This document shows, piece after piece, positions 1 through 10,500 of a stretch of 64,000 nt of DNA. A program made the position numbers and the translations under genes. This DNA is from Leucoraja ocellata (Eukaryota). The notes under the pieces are model-generated. The model did no database searches, had not been told where the DNA came from, and saw nothing but the letters and a program-made list of their open reading frames with translations. The stretch covers positions 5,766,001 to 5,830,000 of the forward strand of contig JAWMAR010000128.1 in the NCBI GenBank assembly GCA_036785375.1. Direction: 5' to 3'. How positions within the stretch are numbered: the stretch's first letter is position 1; each line of letters opens with the position of its first letter.

Positions 1-44
1 GTTCCTCCAGCACTCTGTGTTTTTTATTTAACTCTGAAATTGAA

Positions 45-305
45 GATAGACACAAAAAGCTAGACTAACTCAGCGGGACAGCAGCATCTCTGGATAGAAG
101 GAATGAGTGACGTTTCGGGTCGAGACCCTGCTTCAGACAATCACAAGTACTATCACCGACAAGAGTTCAGTTCAGTCTGAAGAAGGGTCACGACCCGAAA
201 CGTCACCCATTGCTTCTCTCAGAGTCACTGCCTGTCCCGCTGAGTTACTCCAGCAATTTTCTTCTACCTTCGGTGTGAATCAGCATCTGCAGTTCCTTCC
301 TACAC
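45..305. mobile_element. Two inverted Penelope-derived terminal fragments with minimal hammerhead-like cores (mirrored ~10955-11150)
   Basis: CTGAAGA-agggtcacgaccc-GAAA-CGTC at 177-204 (+) and a variant core at 109-136 (-). Each is followed by the ...gctgagttactccagca-type tail shared by the other copies. Confidence 0.6.
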
Positions 306-723
306 TGTTCTAGTAAATCTTGTCTGCGTCTCTGCCGTGCTTCCGCGCTGTACAGTGCAGTGTCCAATATCCCAGCCTTAATGAAACCAATATTTTAATG
401 AAGTTCAACACAATCTCCTTGCCTTTGTACCCTGCACCTTCAGTTACAAACCCGTGCAAATGGTTGGCACTGTTGGTACCTGTTGCACGCATATTTTTTC
501 AATTTCCCCTATCACCCCAGAGTGTATTTCCTATTGGAAAGCAGAATATAGTTGATGCGCGGTCGGTTAGATCAGATGAAAGCTGGTTCCGAGGTCGGGA
601 CGACCGACCGTGGGGACAGGGGACAGGGGACGGACCAACTGTGGGCGACAGAGTCAGGGATGGACTGACCGTGGGGGAGGAGACAGGGACGGACAGACCC
701 GGGGGGAAAGGGGGTGGGTTTAC

Positions 724-3700
724 CTGCACGGACCACCACCTGCCTCACGAGCCGACCTATTCCCTCGGGCAGTCGGGCCGCTGACTCCCAGTCACCCACC
801 AACCGCGAGAAGAAGTCAAAGTCACCGCCAAGACCCCCTCCGTGGTACTCCTCCCGCAGGCTGGGCCGGTAGTAGCCTGGGGATGTGGGGAGAGGGCGAG
901 GGGGGGGGGGAAGAGAAATAAGGGGGGAGGAGAGAAAGGAAGAGGTAAGAGAAAGGGGAGGGGGAGGAGAGACCGGGGGGAGGGGAGAGATGGGGAGGGG
1001 AGAGCAGGGGAGGAGAGAGGGGGGAGGGGAGAGATGGGGAGAGAGGGGGAGGGGAGAGATAGGGAGGCGAGAGCAGGGGAGGAGAGAGGGGGGAGGGGAG
1101 AGATGGGGAGGGAGAGATGGGGAGGGGAGAGAGGGAAAAGAACACAGTGAATCACCCACTCTTTCTTGCAGCACCCAGTCATGTGGGGAGTGGTGAGGGT
1201 GGGGGGGATGGGTGGAGTTAACACCCATGCCGGTGAGCCCCACGCAGGCGCAGGGGTGGGTGAGGAGAGTGTGGGAGGGGGAGGGGAGAGATGAGGAGGG
1301 AGAGAGGGAAAAGAATGTGAATCACAGTGAATCACCCACTCTTTCTTGCAGCACCCAGTCATGTGGGGAGTGGTGGGGGGAGTGGTGAGGGGGATGGGGT
1401 GGGGAGTTAACACCGGTGAGCCCCACCCAGGCGCAGGGGTGGGTGAGGGGGAGTGTGGGAGGGGGAGGGAGTGTGGGGGAGGGGGAGGGGAGTAGGGTGG
1501 TGGTGGGGGTCAGTATCTCACCCACGCCGGTTAGCAGCACCCAGCTGCGGGGGGGGGTGGGGGCAGAGAGCGATGGCCTTGCTCAGGGTCCTCGTCGTCT
1601 CACTCGGCTCGACACCCACCTCCTCCTGGAAGGAGCGGCTCCACCTGTGGGGAGAGGAGGCACTGAATCCCCCTCCCAGCACCAGCGTTTGTCTCCCCTC
1701 CCTCACCCTCCCTTCCCTCTCCCCGCACCACCCTCTCCTCTCTCACTGTCTCCAACCCGTCCTTCCTCTGTCCCCTCCCACTGATATCCTCCCCATCCCT
1801 TCCCCTCCTCTCTCCCCTCATCTCTCTCCCCCTCCCTCTCTCCCCATCTCTCTCTCCCCCTTTCCCAACTAACTCTTATCTCCCCACCGTCTATCTCCCC
1901 ATCCCTCTCCCCCTTTCCCCTCTCTCACTGACCTCCGCAGTGGGTTGAGCACATTGGCTCCAGCCACATTCACCACGGCATCACAGGGGGGCAGGCCACG
2001 GGAGGCCACGTGTGTCTGTAATACAGGAACACAGGTCAGGAACACGGGTCAGATTGAACACGGGTCGGGGACACGGGTCAAGAACACGGACGGAGACACG
2101 GGTCGAGGACGGGTCAGGAACACGGGTCGGGAACACGGGTCGGGAACACGGGTCGAGGACGGGTCAGGAACACGAGTCGGGGACACTGGTCGGGGTCAGG
2201 GGTCGGGGACACGGGTCAGGAACACGAGTCGGGACACTGGGTCAGGGGTCGGGGACGGGTGGGGACAGACTGAACACGGGTCAGGGTCAGAGGGACAGGG
2301 GTGAAAGGGCATGGACTCACCCAGGTGACCCCGGCCCCCGGTCTCCGGGAGACGAACTCCACCTCGTGACCTTTGCTCCTCAGGAGGCGGCTAAGGGCGG
2401 AGCCAACGAAGCCGGAACCTCCGCCTGCCCCAGAGAAACACAGCAGTCAGTGGCCCGATCCCGTGACCCCTCACCCCCATGACCCCTCACCCAGGACCCT
2501 CAACCCGGGAAGCAGCCCTACTGTGACCCTCACACCCATGACTTGACACAAGGACCTATGACCTCTGAACTGGGAAGCAGCCCGACCCTGTGATCTCTCA
2601 CCCACCAGCCACCCCGCAACCTGTTGCCCCCAACCCCATGACCTGACGCTTCGATCTGTGACCCCCAACCCGGGTAGCAAAAAAGACACGTTGACATGTG
2701 AACCCTCAAACCAAGCGAACAGCCTGACACGTTCACCCCTGACCCAAAGGATACAAAGGACATTTATTATCACATACACCAGTTGGTGTAGTGAAATTTG
2801 ATTTGCCAATGCAGCACACGAATAATGATAAGACACAACATTAAAGAATTTAACAACATAAAAACATCCCCCCACAATGGTTCCCACTGTGGGGGAAGGC
2901 AGCAAAGTCCAGTCCCATCCCCTGATGGCGTCCCTGCGCTGCGCCACCGCCGAAGCTGTAGTCCCGGCCGGTCCCGACAGGAAAGGCCGCTCCAGTCTCG
3001 ATGGTAGGCCGCGAGGAGGGAGGCCAAGAAGCAGCTCAGAGGAAGCAGCCTCTCCAATCAGGTAGTGACTAGGAAATAAAGTTTCCCCCTTTCCCCTCCC
3101 CCCACATAAAAGACTAGAAGACCACCCAAAATAAACACTTTAACTCACTAAAAATAAAAAAAAAGGGTGAAAGGACTAACAGCTGCTGGCGGGCAGCCAT
3201 ACTCGACGGGCCGCCCCTGGGGAGGAACCTGACACTTCCTTCTGCAGTTGTACAGAGCCCTAGTGAGACCACACCTGGAGTATTGTGTGCAGTTTTGGTC
3301 CCCTAATTTGAGGAAGGACATTCTTGCTATTGAGGGAGCCCAGCGTAGGTTCACCAGGTTAATCTCCCGGGATGGCGGGACTGTCATATGCTGAGAGAAT
3401 GGAGCGGCTGGCTTGTACACTCTGGAGTTTAGGATGAGAAGATATCTTATTGAAATTTATAAGATTATTAAGGGCTTGGACACACTAGAGGCAGGAAACA
3501 TGTTCCCGATGTTGGGGAGTCCAGAACCAGGGGCCACAGTTTAAGAATAAGGAGTCAGCCATTTTGAACGGAGATGAGGAAACACTTTTTCTCACAGAGA
3601 GTGGTGAGTCTGTGGAATTCTCTGGCCTCAGAGGGCAGTGGAGGCCGGTTCTCTGGATACTTTCAAGAGAGCGCTTGGTTGGGGTCTTAAAGATAGCGGA

Positions 3701-3834
3701 GTCAGGGGATATGGGGAGAAGGCAGGAACGGGGAACTGATTGGGGATGATCAGCCATGATCACATTGAATGGCGGTGCTGGCTCGAGGGGCCGAGTGGTC
3801 TCTACTCCCTGTACCTACCGATCAGAACCTTCAT
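724..3834 (-). CDS. SDR39U1: Partial inverted copy of SDR39U1 (exons 1-5), probably a false duplicate or alternate haplotype
   Basis: Exons: 3819-3834 (MKVLI-G, donor gtaggt), 2321-2424 ([22 protein letters not shown]...), 1933-2015, 1522-1644 (indels in G/C runs), 724-876 ([10 protein letters not shown]...[21 protein letters not shown]...RQVVVRA). All have GT-AG boundaries. Exon 6 is not in the window. Confidence 0.8.
2028..2290. repeat. Minisatellite of (ACACGGGTCAGGA)-like units in SDR39U1 intron 2 (mirrored 9115-9345)
   Basis: Repeated acacgggtcagga/acacgggtcggga units are directly visible. Confidence 0.8.
3235..3810 (+). mobile_element. CR1-type LINE 3' fragment (mirrored ~7585-8170, -)
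   Basis: [30 protein letters not shown] motif plus the conserved 3' UTR (gatcagccatgatcacattgaatggcgg). Confidence 0.85.
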
Positions 3835-6800
3835 CCCGCCGCTGTCTCCGTGACAACCCCGCGCCCTCTGGTCCCCCCCCTGCCGCTGCTCTTGTCCCGG
3901 AGGAATCTCCTGCGTTGTCACTGGAGGACCCGCGGTGCTGGAGGACCGGGCGGGGCTAGAGGAACCGCGTGGGGCGGGGCTTGAGTACCAGCGCGAGGAC
4001 CTGCCGGGGGGAGGGGCAGAGCTGGAGGACCCGTGGGACTGGAGGACCAGGCGGGTGGGCGGGCTTGAGGACCTGTCGTGGGGGAGAGCGGAGCTGCAGG
4101 ACCCGCGGGGCTGGAGGACCAGGGGAGGGCGGGGCTGGAGGAACAACGCGCCCAGGGGGGCGGGGCTTGATGAGACGCGGAGATGGGGCTTGAGGACCAG
4201 CGCGCGGGGTCGGGGCTTGAGGACCAGCGCGGGGGGGGCGGGGCTTGAGGACCAGCGCGCGGGGGCGGGGCTTGAGGACCAGCGCGCGGGGGCGGGCTGG
4301 AGGACCAGGCGCGGGGGGCGGAGCTGGAGGACCCCCGCGGGGCAGGAGGAACAACGGGGGGCGGGGCTTGATGAGACGCGGAGACGGGCTTGAGGACCAG
4401 GCGCGGGGGCGGGGCTGCAGGACCAGGGCGGCGGGAAGATGGCGGAGAGCGGAGCCGCGGAGAGAGAGGAGGAGGAGAAGGAAGAGCGCGGAGGAGCGGG
4501 GAGTGAGGGTGAGGAGAGAGAGATTAAAGTAATGAAAGAAAGAAAGAAAAGAAAGAAAGGGAGGGAGGGAAGGAAGGAGAAGTTACGAGAGGGAGAAGGA
4601 CATGCTGGAGTGGGAGAGGAGGGGGAGGCTGGAGAGAGGAGGGGAGGGCAGGTTGGGGGGAGGGGGCAGGAAGGGGAGAGGGTAGGGGACTGGAGAGAGG
4701 AGGAGGAGGGGGGTGGAGATGAAGGAGGAGGAGAGGCGGGGGAAGGGGGAGGAAAGTTTCATTGTCATCCGTCCCGAAACAGAACAATGGAAACTCACTT
4801 GCGGCAGCAACGACAGATGGAGAAACACACGGGGAGAAAACAGGCCCTTCGGCCCAACTTGCCCACACCGGCCAACATGTCCCCATCTACACTAGCCCCA
4901 CCTGCCCGCACTTGGCCCATAATCCCTCCAAACCTGTCCTATCCATGTACCTGTCCAAATGTATTTTAAATGTTGTTAAAGCACTTGCTTGTCCTCCGGT
5001 AGCTTGTTCCATACACCCACCACCATCTGTGGAAATGTTACACCTCAGGTTCCTATTAAATCTCCCCCCCCCCCCCCCATCTTAAACCTATGTCCTCTGA
5101 TACCTCAAGAGATTCCGTGCTTTACCAGATCAATATCAATACTCAATGAATGGCAGAGTAGACATGTTGGCTGAATGGCCTAATTCTGCTGGCTATCGCC
5201 CATGACCAATCCCTCTCATGATTACTATACACATCTATAAGATCAAACCCTCATCCTTCTGCGCCTCCAAGACATGGAGACCCAGCCTACTCAACCTCTC
5301 CCTATAGATCAGGCCCTTGAGTCCTGGCAACATTTTTCTTCACATGGCCAATCGATCAAGATCCTGCTGCAATCGTTCACAACCATCTCCACTATCACCC
5401 AATTTTTTTTAATCATTTGCAAACTTGCGATCTTACAGTGTATGTTCTCATCCAAATCCCCTGAGGCACACCACTAGTCACAGGTCTCNNNNNNNNNNNN
5501 NNNNNNNNNNNNNNNNNNNNNNNNNNNNNNNNNNNNNNNNNNNNNNNNNNNNNNNNNNNNNNNNNNNNNNNNNNNNNNNNNNNNNNNNNNNNNNNNNNNN
5601 NNNNNNNNNNNNNNNNNNNNNNNNNNNNNNNNNNNNNNNNNNNNNNNNNNNNNNNNNNNNNNNNNNNNNNNNNNNNNNNNNNNNNNNNTCTCCCCCCAGC
5701 GCCAGTTGCCAAGCCCAGGGCGTCCGGCCTCCCCGGACAGGGACAGGACACCCGGGAGGGGACGGGCATGGCTTAGCAGCAACTCAACAGCGCCGGAGAT
5801 CCGGGCCTGACCCCGACCACGGACCTGCACAGCTGCCAAGAACGATTATCGCAAGTGACCTATGACCTGGGCATGCGCAGTCGGAATACCGAACTCGCTT
5901 ATTGGCTTCATGGGAAGAAGCAGAGGGTGACAGTGGAAGGTTGCGTCTTGGACTGGAGACCTGTGACTAGTGGTGTGCCTCAGGGGATTTGGATGAGAAC
6001 ATACACTGTAAGATTCGCAAGTTTGCAAATGATTAAAAAAAATTGGGTGATAGTGGAGATGGTTGTGAACGATTGCAGCAGGATCTTGATCGATTGGCCA
6101 TGTGAAGAAAAATGTTGCCAGGACTCAAGGGCCTGATCTATAGGGAGAGGTTGAGTAGGCTGGGTCTCCATGTCTTGGAGCGCAGGAGGATGAGGGTTGA
6201 TCTTATAGATGTGTATAGTAATCATGAGAGGGATTGGTCATGGGTGATAGGAGCAGAATTAGGCCATTCAGCCAACATGTCTACTCTGCCATTCATTGGG
6301 TATTGATATTGATCTGGTAAAGCACGGAATCTCTTGAGGTATCAGAGGACATAGGTTTAAGATGGGGGGGGGGGAGGAAGATTTAATAGGAACCTGAGGT
6401 GTAACATTTCCACACAGATGGTGGTGGGTGTATGGAACAAGCTGCCGGAGGACAAGCAAGTGCTTTAACAACATTTAAAATGGTACATGGATGGGACAGG
6501 TACATGGATGGGACAGGTTTGGAGGGATTATGGGCCAAGTGCGGGCAGGTGGGGCTAGTGTAGATGGGGACATGTTGGCCGGTGTGGGCAAGTTGGGCCG
6601 AAGGGCCTGTTTTCTCCCCGTGTGTTTCTCCATCTGTCGTTGCTGCCGCAAGTGAGAGTTTCCATTGTTCTGTTTCGGGACAGATGACAATGAAACTTTC
6701 CTCCCCCTTCCCCGCCCTCTCCTCCTTCATCTCCACCCCCCTCCTCCTCCTTCATCTCCACCACCCCCCTCCTCCTCTCTCCAGTCCCCTACCCTCTCCC

Positions 6801-6930
6801 CTTCCTGCCCCCTCCTCTCTCCCCTCCTCTCTCCAGCAAGTCCTTCTCCCCTCTCGTATCATCTCCTTCCTTCCCTCCCTCTCTCTCTCTTTCTTTCTTT
6901 CCTTCATTACTTTAATCTCTCTCTCCTCAC

Positions 6931-7008
6931 CCTCACTCCCCGCTCCTCCGCGCTCTCCTTCTCCTCCTTCTCCTCCTCCTCTCTCTCCGCGGCTCCGCTC
7001 TCCGCCAT
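6931..7008 (-). CDS. Candidate first coding exon of an unidentified gene head-to-head with SDR39U1 (MAESGAAEREEEEKE...GGAGSE); mirrored at 4439-4508 (+)
   Basis: Strong Kozak context gggaagATGGcg at the edge of the CpG island, an acidic N-terminus and a G|gtgagg donor. The left copy is 70 nt (phase 1); the right copy is 78 nt because of low-complexity indels. Confidence 0.45.
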
Positions 7009-7562
7009 CTTCCCGCCGCCCTGGTCCTCAAGCCCCGCGCCTGGTCCTCCAGCCCCGCCCCCACGCGGTCCTCCAGCTCCGCCCCCCGCGCTGGTCCAAG
7101 CCCCGTCTCCGCGTCTCATCAAGCCCCGCCCCCCGTTGTTCCTCCTGCCCCGCGGGGGTCCTCCAGCTCCGCCCCCCGCGCCTGGTCCTCCAGCCGCGCC
7201 CCCGCGCTGGTCCTCAAGCCCCGTCTCCGCGTCTCATCAAGCCCCGTCCCCCGTTGTTCCTCCAGCCCCGCCCCCGCGCGGGTCCTACAGCTCCGCCCCC
7301 CCCGGCAGGTCCTCTAACCCCGCCCACCGCCCTGGTCCTCCAGCCCCGCGGGTCCTCCAACTCCGCCCCCCCGGCAGGTCCTCAAGCCCCGCCCCCGCGC
7401 TGATACTCAAGCCCCGCCCTCGCGATTCCTCTAGCCCCGCCCCCCACCCTGGTCCTCCAGCAGCCCCGCGGGTCCTCAGTACCAACGAGGAGGTTCCTCC
7501 GGGACAAGAGCAGCGGCAGGGGGGACCAGAGGGCGCGGGGTTGTCACGGAGACAGCGGCGGG
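7009..7562. promoter_or_regulatory. CpG-island bidirectional promoter built from tandem GC-box repeats (mirrored at 3835-4438)
   Basis: ~550 bp between two divergent ATGs. It contains many imperfect ~25-30-nt units (GGAGGACCAGCGCGGGGGGCGGGGCT-like) carrying GGGGCGGGGC Sp1 boxes. A YY1-type AAGATGGCGG overlaps the ATG of the divergent gene. Confidence 0.65.
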
Positions 7563-10500
7563 ATGAAGTTCTGATCGGTAGGTACAGGAGTAGAGGCCAC
7601 TCGGCCCCTCGAGCCAGCACCGCCATTCAACGTGATCATGGCTGATCATCCCAATCAGTACCCCGTTTCCTGCCTTCTCCCCATATCCCCTGACTCCGCT
7701 ATCTTTAAGAGCCCTATCTAGCTCTCTCTTGAAAGTATCCAGAGAACCGGCCCTCCACTGCCCTCTGAGGCAGAGAATTCCACAGACTCACCACTCTCTG
7801 TGAGAAAAAGTGTTTCCTCGTCTCCGTTCTAAATGGCCGACCCCTTATTCTTAAACTGTGGCCCCTGTTCTGAACCCCCCCCCCCCCAACATCGGGAACA
7901 GTTTCCTGCCTCTAACGTGTCCAAACCCTTAATAATCTTATATGTTTCAATGAGATGCCCTCTCATCCTTCTAAACTCCACAGAGTATACAAGCCCACAG
8001 TCGCTCCATTCTCTCAGCATATGACAGTCCCGCCATCCCGGAAATTAACCTGGTGAACCTACGCTGGGCTCCCTCAATAGCAAGAATGTCCTTCCTCAAA
8101 TTAGGGGACCAAAACTGCACACAATACTCCAGGTGTGGTCTCACTAGGGCCCTGTACAACTGCAGAAGGAAGTGTCAGGTTCCTCCCCAGGGGCACCGTC
8201 GAGTATGGCTGCCCCGCCAGCAGCTGTTAGTCCTTTCACCCTTTTTTTTATTTTTAGTGAGTGAAAGTGTTTATTTTGGGTGGTCTTCTAGTCTTTTATG
8301 TGGGGGGAGGGGAGAGGGGAAACTTTATTTCCTAGTCACTACCTGATCGGAGAGGCTGCTTCCCTCTGAGCTGCTTCTTGGCCTCCCTCCTCGCGGCCTA
8401 CCATCGAGACTGGAGCGGCCTTTCCTGTCGGGACCGGCCGGGACTACAGCTTTGGCGGTGGCGCAGCGCAGGGACGCCATCAGGGGATGGGACTGGACTT
8501 TGCTGCCTTCCCCCACAGTGGGAACCATTGTGGGGGGATGTTTTTATGTTGTTAAATTCTTTAATGTTGTGTCTTATCTTTATTCGTGTGCTGCTTTGGC
8601 AAATCAAATTTCACTACACCAACTGGTGTATGTGATAATAAATGTCCTTTGTATCCTTTGGGTCAGGGGTGAACGTGTCAGGCTGTTCGCTTGGTTGAGG
8701 TTCACATGTCAACGTGTCTTTTTGCTACCCGGGTTGGGGGTCACAGATCGAAGTGTCAGGTCATGGGGTTGGGGGCAACAGGTTGCGGGGTTGGGCTGCT
8801 CGTCGGGTGAGAGATCACAGGGTCGGGCTGCTTCCCAGGTCAGAGGTCATAGGTCGTTGTGTCAAGTCATTGGGTGTGAGGGGTCACAGTAGGGCTGCTT
8901 CCCGGGTTGAGGGGTCCTGGGTGAGGGGTCATGGGGGTGAGGGGTCACGGGATCGGGCCACTGACTGCTGTGTTTCTCTGGGCAGGCGGAGGCTCCGGCT
9001 TTGTTGGCTCCGCCCTTAGCCGCCTCCTGAGGAGCAAAGGTCACGAGGTGGAGTTCGTCTCCCGGAGACCGGGGGCCGGGGTCACCTGGGTGAGTCCATG
9101 CCCTCTCACCCCTGTCCCTCTGACCCTGACCCGTGTTCGATCTGTCCCCTACCCCTGCCCCTGACCCCTGACCCCAACCAGTGTCCCCGACTCGTGTTCC
9201 TGACCCGTGTTCCCGACCTGTGTTCCTGACCCGTCCTCGACCCGTGTTCCTGACCCGTCCTCGACCCCGTGTCTCCGTCCGTGTTCTTGACCCGTGTCCC
9301 CGACCCGTGTTCAATCTGACCCGTGTTCCTGACCTGTGTTCCCTGTATTACAGACACACGTGGCCTCCCGTGGCCTGCCCCCCTGTGATGCCGTGGTGAA
9401 TGTGGCTGGAGCCAATGTGCTCAACCCACTGCGGAGGTCAGTGAGAGAGGGGAAGGGGAGAGGGAGGGGAGGGGGAGAGGGATGGGGGAGATAGACGGTG
9501 GGGAGATAGAGTTAGTTGGGAAAGGGGGGAGAGAGAGAGGGGGGAGAGGAGGGGAAGGGATGGGGAGGATATCAGGGTGGGAGGGGACGGAGGAAGGGAG
9601 GGGTTGGAGACAGTGAGAGAGGAGAGGGTGGTGGCGGGGAGAGGGAAGGGAGGGTGAGGAGGGGGAGACAGACGCTGGTGGTGGGAGGGGGATTCAGTGC
9701 CTCCTCTCCCCACAGGTGGAGCCGCTCCTTCCAGCAGGAGGTGGTGTCGAGCCGAGTGGAGACGACGAGGACCCTGAGCAAGGCCATCGCTCTCTGCCCC
9801 CACCCCCCCCGCAGCTGGGTGCTGCTAACCGGCGTGGGTGAGATACTGACCCCCACCACCACCCTACTCCCCTCCCCCTCCCACACTCCCCTCTCCCACC
9901 CCTGCGCCTGGGTGGGGCTCACCGGCATGGGTGTTAACTCCACCCCATCCCCCCCACCCTCACCACTCCCCACATGACTGGGTGCCGCAGAAAGAGTGGG
10001 TGATTCACTGTGTTATTTTCCCTCTCTCCCCTCCCCCCTCTCTCCTCTCCTGCTCTCCCCTCCCCATCTCACCCCCCCCCTCTCTCCTCCCCTGCTCTCC
10101 CCTCCCCATCTCTCCCCTCCCCCTCTCCTGCTCTCCCCTCCCCTCTCTCTCCTCCCCTGCTCTCCCCTCCCCCTCTCCTGTTCTCCCCTCCCCATCTCTC
10201 CCCTCCCCTGCTCTCCCCTCCCCAACTCTCCCCTCCCCCCCCCGTCTTTCCTCCCCCTCTCTACCCCCTCCCCCTTTCTCTTACCTCTTCCTTTCTCTCC
10301 TCCCCCCTTATTTCACTCCCCCCCCCCCTCTCTCCCCCATCCCCAGGCTACTACCGGCCCAGCCTGCGGGAGGAGTACCACGAGGGGAGTGTTGGCGGTG
10401 ACTTTGACTTCTTCTCGCGGTTGGTGGGTGACTGGAGTCAGCGGCCCGACTGCCCGAGGGAATAGGTCGGCTCGTGAGGCAGGTGGTGGTCCGTGCAGGT

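Noticed and set aside
500-1900. Many long Pro/Ser/Leu- or Gly/Arg/Glu-rich ORFs (also 3900-4970, 6560-7650 and 9400-10720)
   Set aside because: They arise from CT/GA low-complexity introns and GC-rich repeats that lack stop codons. Only the short SDR39U1 exons inside them are supported.
5413-5865. ORFs spanning N runs (also 58332-58953)
   Set aside because: Artefacts of translating through assembly gaps.
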